The notes under the pieces: model-generated
Database searches by the model: none
Told to the model about the DNA's origin: nothing
Seen by the model: only the letters and a program-made list of their open reading frames with translations
Origin: Callorhinchus milii
Taxonomy: Eukaryota
DNA length: 64,000 nt
Reading direction: 5' to 3'
NCBI RefSeq assembly: GCF_018977255.1
Contig: NW_024704743.1
Location: 71,984,001-72,048,000 of the forward strand
In this document: positions 1-11,300 of the stretch, piece after piece
Numbering within the stretch: position 1 is the first letter of the stretch
Layout: every line of letters begins with the position of its first letter
Made by a program: the position numbers and the translations under genes

Positions 1-319
1 TCAGTAATCTCCATTCTTCACATAAATAATAGTCTAGGGGAATATTTCTGCTTCCTTTTTAATAACCTAACAGTTAAATCTTCTGTGTACATCAATGAAA
101 ACAAAAGGATCTATAAGTACGAGAAAATGTTTCACGGAACAGGCAACGAGAATAAATTATGGAAATGTTTCAGGGAACAGGGAAGGGGAATAAATTATCA
201 TATGTTGACTCAAGTCCCACAAGTGACTGGGAGCCCAATCTGGGTGAGGGGGGAAGCTGAGGAGGGGAAAGATGACCAAATATACAAAGATAGATCTAAA
301 GATGGGCTTTGAATGTGTT

Positions 320-538
320 GGGTGAGGGGTGAGGGGTGGGGGCGGGTAGGGGTGGGTGGGAGATATGAAACAGGCAGCTGGGGGAAGGGCTGGGCAGAGA
401 TAGGATGGAGCGAAGCCAATGGAGACATTTGAAAGTGAGGATGACATTCTTGAATTCAATCTCTTGGGAGATGGGAAACTTGATGCGGAAGAGACGGCAG
501 GCTAAACAGAGTTCTGGGTAGTCTGTCCAACCTGTGTC
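320..538 (-). mobile_element. Old L2 LINE fragment (3' part), continues at 2834-3005
   Basis: Degenerate match to the L2 copies at 4346-5053 and 24144-26068 (gaaagtgaggatgacattcttgaattcaatctcttgggagatggg vs gaaagtgaggacgaggatcttgaattcgatcctctgagggatggg). Confidence 0.6.
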
Positions 539-2545
539 GCATCAGGGACCACCATGGTCCTGTTGGGTTGACTGCCCCAGCCCATGGGCTAATGCCACCC
601 ACCTGACCGCTCGCTCCCAGTCCCCACGTGCGCTCTGACCCGAGCCTCCTCACCTCCTCCCTCCCCCCTCCTCTCTCCCCCCAAACCCTCCCTCCTCTGC
701 ATCTCTCCCGTTCTGTCCTCCTCTCTCTCCGTCCCCCTCACCTTCTATCCGCACCTTGACCCTCCCACAACCTCCCTCTGTTCCAGCCTGGGAATCCTCT
801 GCCGGGCTCACCGTGGCACTCGGCGTTGGCTGTCCAGCAGCAGCCACACCGACTGCCCCAGTCCCCACCACACTCGCCAGTCACCCCCGGACACAGACCT
901 TGGGAGCCAACCTCTCCTCCCTCATCCCCATTCCGCCTACACCTGCCTCACAACCTGGACCCCCCCCTCCCTCCCCACACACCCTTCTGTCAACCGCTCC
1001 CTCCACATCGGACTACAAAACGTCCGCTCCCTCTGTAACAAGGCCCTGGTCATCAACAATCTCATCCTTGATGAGAGCGTTGACATCATGGAAACGGAAA
1101 CCTGGCTCACCCCAGGCGACACCTTCACCCTCATGGAGGCCACACCAGCTGGCTACACCTCCCACAACATCCCTCACCCCAACTGCCGTGGCGGTGGTGT
1201 AGCCCTTATCTCAAGGACACCAACCTCCAACCTTCCCTTCCTGACCAAGGTCCTTGAAAGAGTTGTCACTTCCCAGCTGTGCTCTTTCCTCTCCACCCAT
1301 TCATTATTCGAACCCCTTCAGTCGGGTTTCCGTGCTGTCCATAGCACGGAAACCACCCTGGTCAAGGTCACCAATGACATCTTGACCATCTGCGACCAGA
1401 GCTCCCTCTGCCTCCTCGTCCTCCTCGACCTATCGGCCGCATTCGATACGGTCGACCATGCTACCTCCTCCACCGCTTGTCCTCCCATCTCAACCTTCAA
1501 GGCCCTGTTCTTGAGTGGTTTAGGTCATCCCTCTCCCACAATCTTCATTTTGTTTCCACAAACAGCTTCTCCTCCAGCTCCCGCACTGTCTCGTGCGGTG
1601 TCCCTCAGGGCTCTGTCCTTGGTCCCCTCCTCTTCACCCTCTATATGCTCCCCCTTGGTGACATCATCCGAGACATGGGGTTAACTTCCACATGTATGCG
1701 GATGACACCCAACTCTACCTTTCCTCCTCTACCCTCAACTCCACGACCGCCGATGTCCTGACAGTCTGCCTGTCCGACATCGAGTCCTGGATGAGAGACA
1801 ACTTGCTTCAGCAAAACGTCCGCAAAACCGAGGCCCTCCTGATTGGCTCACGTCAGCGGCTCCGCACCTCAGGCGCTGACAGCATCCAAGGCTGCACTCT
1901 CCACCTCTCAAAGCCAGTCAGGAACCTCGGGGTTCTGTTCGACCCTGAGCTGTCCTTTCTTCCCCACATCCGCGCCACAACTGGCACCGCCTTCCATCAC
2001 CTCCGGAACATTGCCAGACTACGGCACTACCTCACCCCTCACGCTGCTGAAACTCTGGTCCACACCTTTATCACCTCAAGGCTGGACTATGGGAACTCTC
2101 TCCTCGCCGGCCTTCCCGCCACCTCCCTCCACAAGCTGCAGGTCATTCAGAACTCTGCAGCTCGTGTACTATCCCGCACCAGACTACGCGACCACATCAC
2201 TCCCACCCTCGCTCGCCTCCACTGGCTCCCCATCCCCCAGAGGATTGAATTGAAGATCCTCATCCTCACCTACAAGGCCATTCATGGCCTTGCTCTCTCC
2301 GACCTACTATCCCCCTACTTACCTGCCCGTACCCTCCGTTCCTCTGGCTCCAGTCTGCTCCACATCCCCCGCCCCAACCGCCCTACCATCGGTGGCCGGG
2401 CCTTCAGCCTCTCAGCCCCGAGGCTCTGGAACTCTATCCCCCAGTGCCTTCGCCGCCTCCTCCCTTTCCTCCTTCAAGGCCGGTCTCAAGACCTTTCTCT
2501 TTGACCGTGCCTTCAGCTCCCCTCTCGACTCTCTACCCACTCCTC
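539..2545 (+). mobile_element. L2-clade LINE, internally deleted and lacking its 3' terminus
   Basis: Translations give the endonuclease N-terminus (ETETWL...RGGGVALI), RT motifs QSGFR..HSTET, LLDLSAAFDTVDH, GVPQGSVLGPLLF and MYADDTQLY, and the L2 C-terminal LHWLPI..RI. Frameshifts are present. Confidence 0.92.
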
Positions 2546-2833
2546 ATAAAAATACCTGCAGATTTTCACAACTCTTTATCTTTATCTCTCATTTTTCCGG
2601 CTACAAGTACAATGACTCAGCTCAGTCTGTTCACCTGTGAAAATAACTTCAGACTTGTTTCATTACTTAGTGACTTACAGCAAAGTAAATATCTAAGAAG
2701 AGCATTAAAATTTGATTGCAATTTAATGAAGAATTTTATGTTTTAAAACATAGAAATCCAAAGTGCAAAACACTTTTCCTTCTGTTTTGATAATAAAAAA
2801 GGCAGATCCAGTATCTTTATTTTAAATCCTACG

Positions 2834-3005
2834 TAAACAGAGTTCTGGGTAGTCTGCCCAACCTGTGTCTAGGGGGGCCAGGGAGTCCAGTGAGCAGGGT
2901 GTTGGGAATAATGGAACGAGGAGGCAATGAGGATGTGGATGAGGGTCTCAGCAGTCTGCAGGCAGAGGTTGTGACAGAGGCAGGCGAGGTTGCAGAGGAG
3001 AAGGA
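2834..3005 (-). mobile_element. Old L2 fragment, continuation of 320-538
   Basis: Minus-strand translation resembles L2 (TAETLIHILIAS..; NTLLTGLP). Confidence 0.55.
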
Positions 3006-3477
3006 AAGCAGAGCAATTTGCAATTGTTTTGTGTGTTGAAGTAATACACATTTTCTTTTTAAAAAATGTTTTGCTTGTTTTCTCCTCACTGCATTCAGTG
3101 GCTCAGAGGATCTGTTTGCGCATTTGCTGACAGCCATTGGTGACAGCCTGAGATGGATAATAGTGACTCACATAAGATATTATCTTGAACAATTAGAAGA
3201 GAAAGGGGTATTATTGTAGGGGGCAAGTACCCCTCAGGTTCCCTTTACCAAGTTAAAGATGAGCACTAGAGGCCCGGAATTCCATCTTGTCTTAGCCTGC
3301 AAGACTATTTTGCCTTAACAAGTTTAATTTTGTGCAAAATTGTAGATCAATTTAGATTCAGTATTAATCTTGAGGCTCTGACCATGTCAAATTTAGTCCC
3401 TGATATCCTACAGTATGCAGGAGCTCTTACGTTAATCCTTTTAAAATTATTTTGTTGTGAATTAAAACTAAGTGCGG

Positions 3478-3875
3478 CAACTTGCCTCAGTTGGTAGCAC
3501 TCTCGCCTCTCAGTCAGAAGGTAAATTGCATTTAAAGGCCCTCTTGAATTACTGAAAGCAACAAATTGCAATTGGCCTTTCACGCCAGGAGGATATCCCA
3601 AGGTGCAAACTCCACATCAGGACTTGAACTCGCACAGTCTAAGATTACACTCCAATAAAGTGCTGGGGGTGTGTTCCATTGACGGAGGTATTGTCCTTTG
3701 GGTGAGACGTTAAACCGAGGCCCTGTCTGCCTGTTCAGGATAAAGATCTCATGGCACTATTTGAAAATTGAAGGGAGTTTCTTTCGATTGCCTACAAAAT
3801 ATACAGTCGCTTGACTTCTCAATAAATCTTGTGAAGTGCTTTGGGACTTCCTCTCTGCCATGAAAAAAGCAAGGA
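3478..3875 (+). mobile_element. Old tRNA-derived Deu-type SINE (degenerate)
   Basis: Head ctcagttggtagcactctcgcctct, central tgagacgttaaaccgaggccctgtctgcctgttcagg..atggcactatttgaa, tail gtgaagtgctttgggac. The same modules occur at 47910-48665. Confidence 0.55.
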
Positions 3876-4345
3876 TTTTCAAGTATAGAAGTCAGATGTC
3901 TATTTTTATACTCCTGCTATTGCATGCCTGGGTATGGTTATATGTGCACCAGGCACCCTCTAGTGAGCCTGTACAGTGTTGGCAGGCTATGATTGTGGGT
4001 ACATCATAGATAAGCCTGATCCTGTCTTTGCTGGACACACACAGCACAGCTTTCAGCAGGGAACACTAGGTAGCAATCAAAAGTGCAAGGATTCTGGTTG
4101 ATTTCCCCCCATTCCCCAGCAACTTGCCTGAGATCAACTGCATCACAGAAACTGAATCTCAAATCGGGAATATCCCTGTTCTGTACAACTTAGCAGGAAA
4201 CCTTACAGCACATTTATCCACTGAGTGTTTTGCCCAGGGTGTTTGTAATGTTCAAAATAGAGTATATTTTGTTTAGATACTTCGTATTTCTGAATCCTCA
4301 CCATTAGGTAGAGATTTATCCTGAAATAACCTTTACAATACGATA

Positions 4346-5053
4346 TTACATTTGTAAAGTGCCGTTCACGTTGGGAGGACGCTGAACAGTCAGGGATTAG
4401 GACCTGAGCGGTGGGGGGTTTGGGAACAGAGAGGGTGGAGGGCAGAGAGGGTAGGAGAGCGGCTGAAGGCACGGTCGAAGAGGAGGGTCTTGAAGGAAGC
4501 AAGGGAGGGAGCAAGGCAAAGGGAATGTGGGATAGAGTTCCAAAGGGTGGGGGCAGAGGCTGAAGACCCGACCGCCAATGTTGGGGCGGGTCGGGCTAGC
4601 TGAGGAACATGGATCAGACCGGAGCCTGCTGAGTGGAGGGAGTGGACAGGTTGATAAAGAGTTAGCAGGTCGGAGAGAGTCGGAGAGGGCGAGGCCATGG
4701 AGGACCTTGAAGGTGGGGATGAGAATTTTGAACTCGATCCTCTGAGGGATGGGGAGCCAGTGGAGCCGGGTGACGGTGGGGGTGATGGGGTCACGGAGCC
4801 TGATGTGGGAGAAAACACAAGCTGCAGAGTTCTGGATGATCTGCAGCTTGTGGAGGGAAGAGTTGGGGGAGGCCAACAAGCAAGGAGTCGGCATAGTCGA
4901 GCCTGGTTGTATGAGGGTTTTGGCGGTCTGAGAGGTGAGGCAGTGGTGGAGTCGGGCAATGGAAGAAGTGGGGAAGGCAAAGAGGGTCATGGCACAGATG
5001 TGGGGGAGAAAGGACAGTTGAGGGTCGAACAAGACGCCTAGGTTCCTGACTGA
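4346..5053 (-). mobile_element. 5'-truncated L2 LINE
   Basis: ORF 4397-5032 contains [20 protein letters not shown] and [15 protein letters not shown]. An L2 3' tail lies at ~4346-4400. Confidence 0.9.
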
Positions 5054-5787
5054 CTCTATTGAAATACAGGTGGCTCATTGTGATCTGTAATAGTATTTAT
5101 GTGGCTAGTAGAAGGGAAAAGGGAACCTTCTCCCTTACTGAACAAAAGCCTTCTTCATTTTTCAAAGGGTTAAATAACATTTGCCTTGTAGCTTATTAGA
5201 TTTCCACTACAGTGACATCTTCAGTTCCTGAAAAGCTTTTGTTCACAAGCTTTAAGCTCATAACTTTGTCCATCATCCTGATTCATTAATAATCTTTTTA
5301 ACCAGTTATAATAAATTAGGGGCCAGGAATGGGGAATTGGGGTCATTCTAAAACAATGTGTTCCATTTACAAGGTTCTGGTAAGCCATGAATTTAAAGAG
5401 TCAGTCACTCTTTGATAACTCAGCATCTGCTGTAATTCAAACCCATCAGAAATTAAATACCTTCTAAACATGGCTCAACCCCTTCCCTTAAAGATCAAAT
5501 CAATCGTCCTGAAAAGATCAACCGATGCCATAAAGTTCAGCCTTGTAAAATATTGCCTTTTTCTATCTTCAGCTGGCATCGGAGTAAAATGTCTTTAAAG
5601 GGCATCCAATGGTGGTTAGATGTACTTTTCCACATGTAGACTACTATCTAGACATGACAATTATTGCAATTAAAGAATTATTAGGTGCATTTTGTCAGTT
5701 TTCAAAAATACACTTCTTTTCTCACATCTGTTGTAAGACGGATTCAAAATACAATTAAAAAGGACACATTCCAGCACAATTTTAATC

Positions 5788-5793
5788 TTTATT
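5788..5793 (-). promoter_or_regulatory. Candidate GPD1L polyadenylation signal (AATAAA)
   Basis: tttatt on the plus strand ~2.4 kb past the stop; a second copy at 5835-5840. No transcript data. Confidence 0.3.
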
Positions 5794-6829
5794 GTCAGAC
5801 CTAACACAAGCCTGATAGCCCAATGATCACAATGTTTATTCCTTGGCAGTGTAAACGCTTATTAGATATTACTAAGTGTAAAATATTTTCATTGAAATCT
5901 TTTTCCACAAAGTTTATAAGTACAGAGAAGGAACAAGAATTCATTGTTTTTTTAAAAAAAAACTTTTTAAATAAAATATAGATAGACTTGAAGAGATATG
6001 TTCTTCAATGCGCACCTTACTTATTCAATACGTTTTTAAGAATATTTTTCTCCAGTGTAACATTATGCTTTATCTTTCTCTTGTATTCTTCCAGAGAAGT
6101 GTTTATAACACTATGACTCAGTGTACTGTAATAAGCAGACAAATTTATCAGCACTGCCTCAAATTATGAAAGGCACTCAAATATACCACAAATACAATCT
6201 TATGCCAATTAATAACAATAATAATAATCATCCTTGCATTTGATATATCACGTCTTATCACGTCTTCGAGAGGTCTCAAAGCTCTATGCCGAATATACTG
6301 TAAAGTGAACTGACTATATTTTGTGGGTGAAACGTACCTCAAAAGAATTCAGCAAAATATTTTTCCCTCTTTTGTTCCCTCTCCCACACCCATTCAACAC
6401 ATTTCATTCCATCCTTCCAGAATACCTCCAATTTGTCATCTTCCCATTACAGAATCAAGCTATTTCTTAAATGAGCACAGGGTCCTGGCCTCACACCACC
6501 GTTAATGTGTCTGACTGTTAATTATCCGGTGCGTGAAGAAACACTTCTTGGTATCTGTCTTAAAAGAGTCCTTAAAAGAACCCCAAACACAATGTTCTAT
6601 TTTCCTGCTAACTTGATGTATCTGAAAGTATTCCTAGGTAAGATTACAACTGCAGAAAGCAAATTTGCCTATGAGAGAAAGGTGTGCAAAAACACCCAGC
6701 TTGTGGTTAAAAGGCAATTACAGAGAACTAGGCATCTGTGGTTACAGCAAAGTTGTTCCAAAGTAAATCTGTAGAACACTTTCAATTTAATGTTATTCAT
6801 TAGTTTGTACATGGTTATTTTGACATTGC

Positions 6830-7250
6830 ATAGTCTGTTGGTGAGTATAGGCATTAGATCTCTAGGTGAGTCTACCAATAACACACTTTTGCAAATAGCA
6901 GGGCTACAAATCTATTGAAAATACCAGACACCAAGTCCATCCCTCTTGATGCTATTGAATACATCTTTGATTAGTACATTGAATAGGGTAGGTGACAGCT
7001 GGTAACCTTGTCTTATCCTCCTTTTGAGAGGGATACGCTCAGTGAATCTACCATCAAATCCTATACAGACCTTAAGAGCTGGAATACACATTCCAGATAA
7101 AATACAAATTTTGGCCATGTACTCCCATAGATTCCAACTTCTCTATAAGGGCTTCATGAAGACACTAGGTCAAAGTGTTTCTCAAATGCGGACACCATGG
7201 CAGCAATATAAAATGGGATTCAGAAGAGTAAACGAAAAACAGTACTTTCA
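6830..7250 (-). mobile_element. Degenerate non-LTR reverse transcriptase relic (not the local L2 family)
   Basis: Translation GRFTERIPLKRRIRQGYQLSPTLFNVLI resembles the RT motif G.RQG..LSP.LFN, followed by LLVDSPRDL. Stops are present. Confidence 0.6.
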
Positions 7251-8207
7251 AATATATCAAACAGTAGGTCAGGAGGGTACACGTTGGCTGAGGCCAAGTA
7301 ATTGAACCGTTTCAAGAAATAATATGTCACAATGTAATAGATAGAGTTGGAATTTTGAAAGGTTGAAATGAAATGTGTACATCATCCGAACCTCTGCTGT
7401 GAAATCTGAAATAAGTATGGCAGCTTGACTGTCTCCACGTCACATGGTGTAGATGGGACTGGCATAAATGCAGCTTCTGGAAGGGATATTGTATTACAAT
7501 AGCCATCTGGACCATGTAACGTGGAGTCAGCTTCAGCGTTAGAACCGCAAAAGTGTGCAGTTACTGTGGATATTACCATGCTCCAGCAGGAAAGCACAAC
7601 ATCCTAACTTGATACACTTCCACATCTTTGCATTAAAAATAAGATAAATCTGACAAAACTGCAAACATTTAAAAAGTCTAGTATATTTTGGGAAAGGAGT
7701 AAACTGTTTGTCGTGGACAACAGTCACTGACATCTGATCTCCTGAAAGCTGCTTGATGCTTTAAACATGATATTTTAAGCTAAACCAATTTAAGTACTCA
7801 GAGACGCTACCTGCATGAATATAAATGCAAGTTGTTGTTGTTCTAAACTAACGGTAGATAATGATAAAGAACTAAGTGCACAAAGTATCCAAATTTAATC
7901 CTCAATAACAATGCAAACTGTCCTTCAGGTTAACGCCATCTTGAATAGGCACGTGAATTAACAATTATGCATGTCACTTTTTTGTCTATAATGGCATTTT
8001 GAACTAACCATTGATCTTTTAGTGCATCAATTGAAAATATAATGCACATGCCACTTACTGACTGATGCAGCTGGTAGGTACTGTATAATATATTTCATAG
8101 CTACTCACACACGCCCTCCTTTAGCAAGTTTTATCCATATGTTACTATTTAGTCGCATTCAACTTAAGTAAAGAGGAACATTGCACATAATCCATAGTAG
8201 CTCTGTT

Positions 8208-8304
8208 TTACATGTGTTCTGGGTGACTTTGCAGGCACGTTAGCAGTTCTTTCACTGGTTTGCCTTCATAGCAAATCTGATATACCGCCGAGAACAAAGG
8301 GAAC
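8208..8304 (-). CDS. GPD1L: GPD1L exon 8 (last coding)
   Basis: ttgtag|[32 protein letters not shown], then TAA. Confidence 0.95.
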
Positions 8305-11300
8305 CTACAACAAGAAAGCAAGCAGAAAAAATGTTTGTGTCAGTTGAGCAAGAAGGGAAACAAACGATCAGCAGAAGCATACAACACAGTTAAGCACAGC
8401 AATTACGCATAGAGTCTTGAAGAAAAAGGTATACGTGAATACTGCAAAATAACTACATTTCCTTTCTTGTCTATCTAATGAAAAATCACAAAGTAATAGT
8501 TCAGTTCTTCATTATAACACCCTTAATAAAATAAGTTACTGTACTGTAGTAAATGCCTAAATAATTCTTCACTTCATCAGAATTGAGCAGTTTAAAACAT
8601 TTGCAGCATTTCTTAACGGGATATGTTGATAACAAATAAGAAAATAAAAGTTGTGAAATTCTGCAGTGTAAAATGGAACTCCCCAGCTACCAGCTCCAAA
8701 GGACTGACTATAAACATTTACTCTTTTCTCTGCTAATCTCAGGAGGATGATGAGCAGCTAGGCCAAAGTAGAAAAGAAAGGCAAGTACTGTGGAAATCTG
8801 GTATAAATACGCAGCAGGTCAGGCAGCATCCATGAGAGAGGAAAATTAGTTAACGTTTCAGTTCAATGACCTTTTGGCAGACCAAAGTAGATTGCAGCTT
8901 TATTTTGGGAGGGTGGGGGGAGAGGAAGAAATTTAGGGTGATAATAGTGTACATTTACACAATTTAAGTGTGGTCTCCAAACTACTCCTGCCAATTAATT
9001 CAAGCAAATTAATTCATAAGGCAGGCAGTCTGGTAAGTTCTCAGATCTGAATTCTAACCTCAATTTGAAGTGTGGTTTTGATCACTCTAATGTCCCCTGT
9101 GGGAAGGTTTGCACATTTAGAAATTGGTGAAGGATGGGGTTGGCTCCACATTCTTGTTCCCGTTGGTTAAATGACCTACTGATACTCATGGTCCAGGCTC
9201 ATGCAAAACATTGGTCGCTCATGGAAACTCAGCACAAATCAGTATCTTCCAGATTTAAAAGGGGGGGGAGGGGTTGAAGGGGAGAGAGAAAGAGGAATGG
9301 AGATAAAAACAAACGGGACTTACCTATCCACCATTTGCTTCTGTTTAAGAATGTGGTGCACTTCTCCTGATGTCTGGGGTCCCTGGAGCTTCTGGCCATT
9401 CAGCATTTCCATTTCCAGTGCCTCTATAGTCTGCAGGGCATCAAATATTTCCCAGCTTTACTTACTGCGCATTTAAGTGCTCTGAGGCGCTACCCCACAA
9501 GAAGGACGCTATTTAAATGCAGCTTATTCTTGTTATTACCAAGGTCTTGGCTATATGTTCAGATGGATGTTAAAGGATCCATGGCACTATTTGGAAAGGA
9601 AGTTTCACCTGCTGTTCTAGGCAACAATCCTTCCAAAATAAATTGTTCCTGATTCTGTGAGACATTTCCTGTATGCAAAGTGGCTATCACATTCACTTAC
9701 AAAGGCATACTCCTATACTTAACAGTAATTATTGTAAAAAAAAGCGATGTTTCAACAATAAAGCGATGCATTAAATGCAAGGATTTTTTTTAAGCACTGC
9801 TCTATAAAACTAAGCCATGGAGGTTTTGGTGTCAACGCATAAATGCTTTTACCAGCAAACGATATCAAGGGTATAGGTATAGGTATTTATACATACAAAT
9901 ATGTTGTAACAAGGGTTAACTAAATTACTTTTCTCAGGTATCCATCTTCTCAATTGATGTACAAAGTCTCAAAATGGGGTAAATTAAACTAATACAGTTT
10001 CATGCTTTTCAAAATAGTTATTACCTTCAATAGGATTTGCAAGTGACCAAAGTTTGCTTTACCTTTCCAGTTTTCACAAAAGCTTCTGCAACCTTGCGAT
10101 TCCGTCCCCCATAGCAGGTTGTGATGAGATCCGCAACTCCACAGCTCTCTAGGAAAGTGGTGGTAGACACTACTCCTTTGCAAAAGAGCTTGGCGAATGC
10201 AATCATCTCCATCAAGCCAAGCCGAATCACTGCAGCTTTGGTGTTATCACCACATTGCATGCCATCGCAGAAACCAGCACCAACCGCAACCACGTTCTGT
10301 CAAAAGAAAGTCAAACATAAGCTATTGACACTCTAAATGGGATGTACATCTCATTACACTCTGCGACCACAGAACAAGCTATCTTCAAATTTCCCAATGT
10401 TTTGACTTCCACTATGCTACTAACACTTGAATGATTTTACCTGCAACTCTACACAACGCTGATTCCTTCTAAAACCAAGTGGAATTTAACAAGGGATAAC
10501 TAAATTACTTTTCTCAAGATCCATCTTCTCAATCGATGTACAAAGTCTCAAAATGGGGGTAGATTAAATTTGGGAGTTTAGGTTAGGTATTCCATAAAGC
10601 ATTGCAATGTAACTTCCCCTGACTCCCTATCCCCACCACCACTTAAATCTCCCCCATATAAAATTGGTCATTCACTTCATGACTGCTTGTGGGACATTGT
10701 GTGCATAAATTAGCCACCAGATTTGCTTATACATATTCAGTTACTACACTTAACAGTAAATTCTGTAAAGCGTTTTGAAACATTTCAAATGACACGGTAT
10801 CAAATGCAAGGGTTATTTTATTATTATAATCTAAATTCCTGTACGCTCCCTTTGTGAAAGATTGTTGCAAGGATTATTATTTGTGATCTTTATGTGAAAG
10901 GAGCCATGTAAAAAATGTATTCATTATATTTACCTTTAGTGCACCACATAATTCCACAGTATCTGCATCCTCTACCACAGTAATCCGGAAATTGGAAGTC
11001 TGCAAGAGCTCTTTGAAGATGTAGCCGTTTTGCAGATTTTTGGTGCCTGACAGAAGAAGTGAGTATATTAATAACCCCAGGAATTAGGCTCTGTTACAAC
11101 CTTAAATAGCTGCACATTCTAGAGTACATGAAGTCAGCAAAATGGTTCATGTGAATTGCAAAGAATTATAGGATAGTAGGACATTAAATTCACAGTAATT
11201 GTATCATTGAAAGGTTTGCCTCAATCTTGAATAGCAGTGCATGATCCACTGAGAAGTGGCTGAGTTTTATAAGCTATGATCATTTTTCACTATCTTGCCC

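Noticed and set aside
125..198. Two imperfect 38-bp tandem units; similar micro-duplications at ~38901, ~39627 and ~53662
   Set aside because: Ordinary slippage duplications with only two units each. There is no spacer structure, so they are not CRISPR-like.
2556..2636. Exon-like segment on the minus strand (ttttcacag|...CAG|gtattt)
   Set aside because: All three frames contain stops and I found no partner exons.
9907..9988. Intronic snoRNA interpretation of the 82-bp repeat
   Set aside because: No conserved RUGAUGA/CUGA or H/ACA boxes in both copies on the gene strand. Kept only as a direct repeat.
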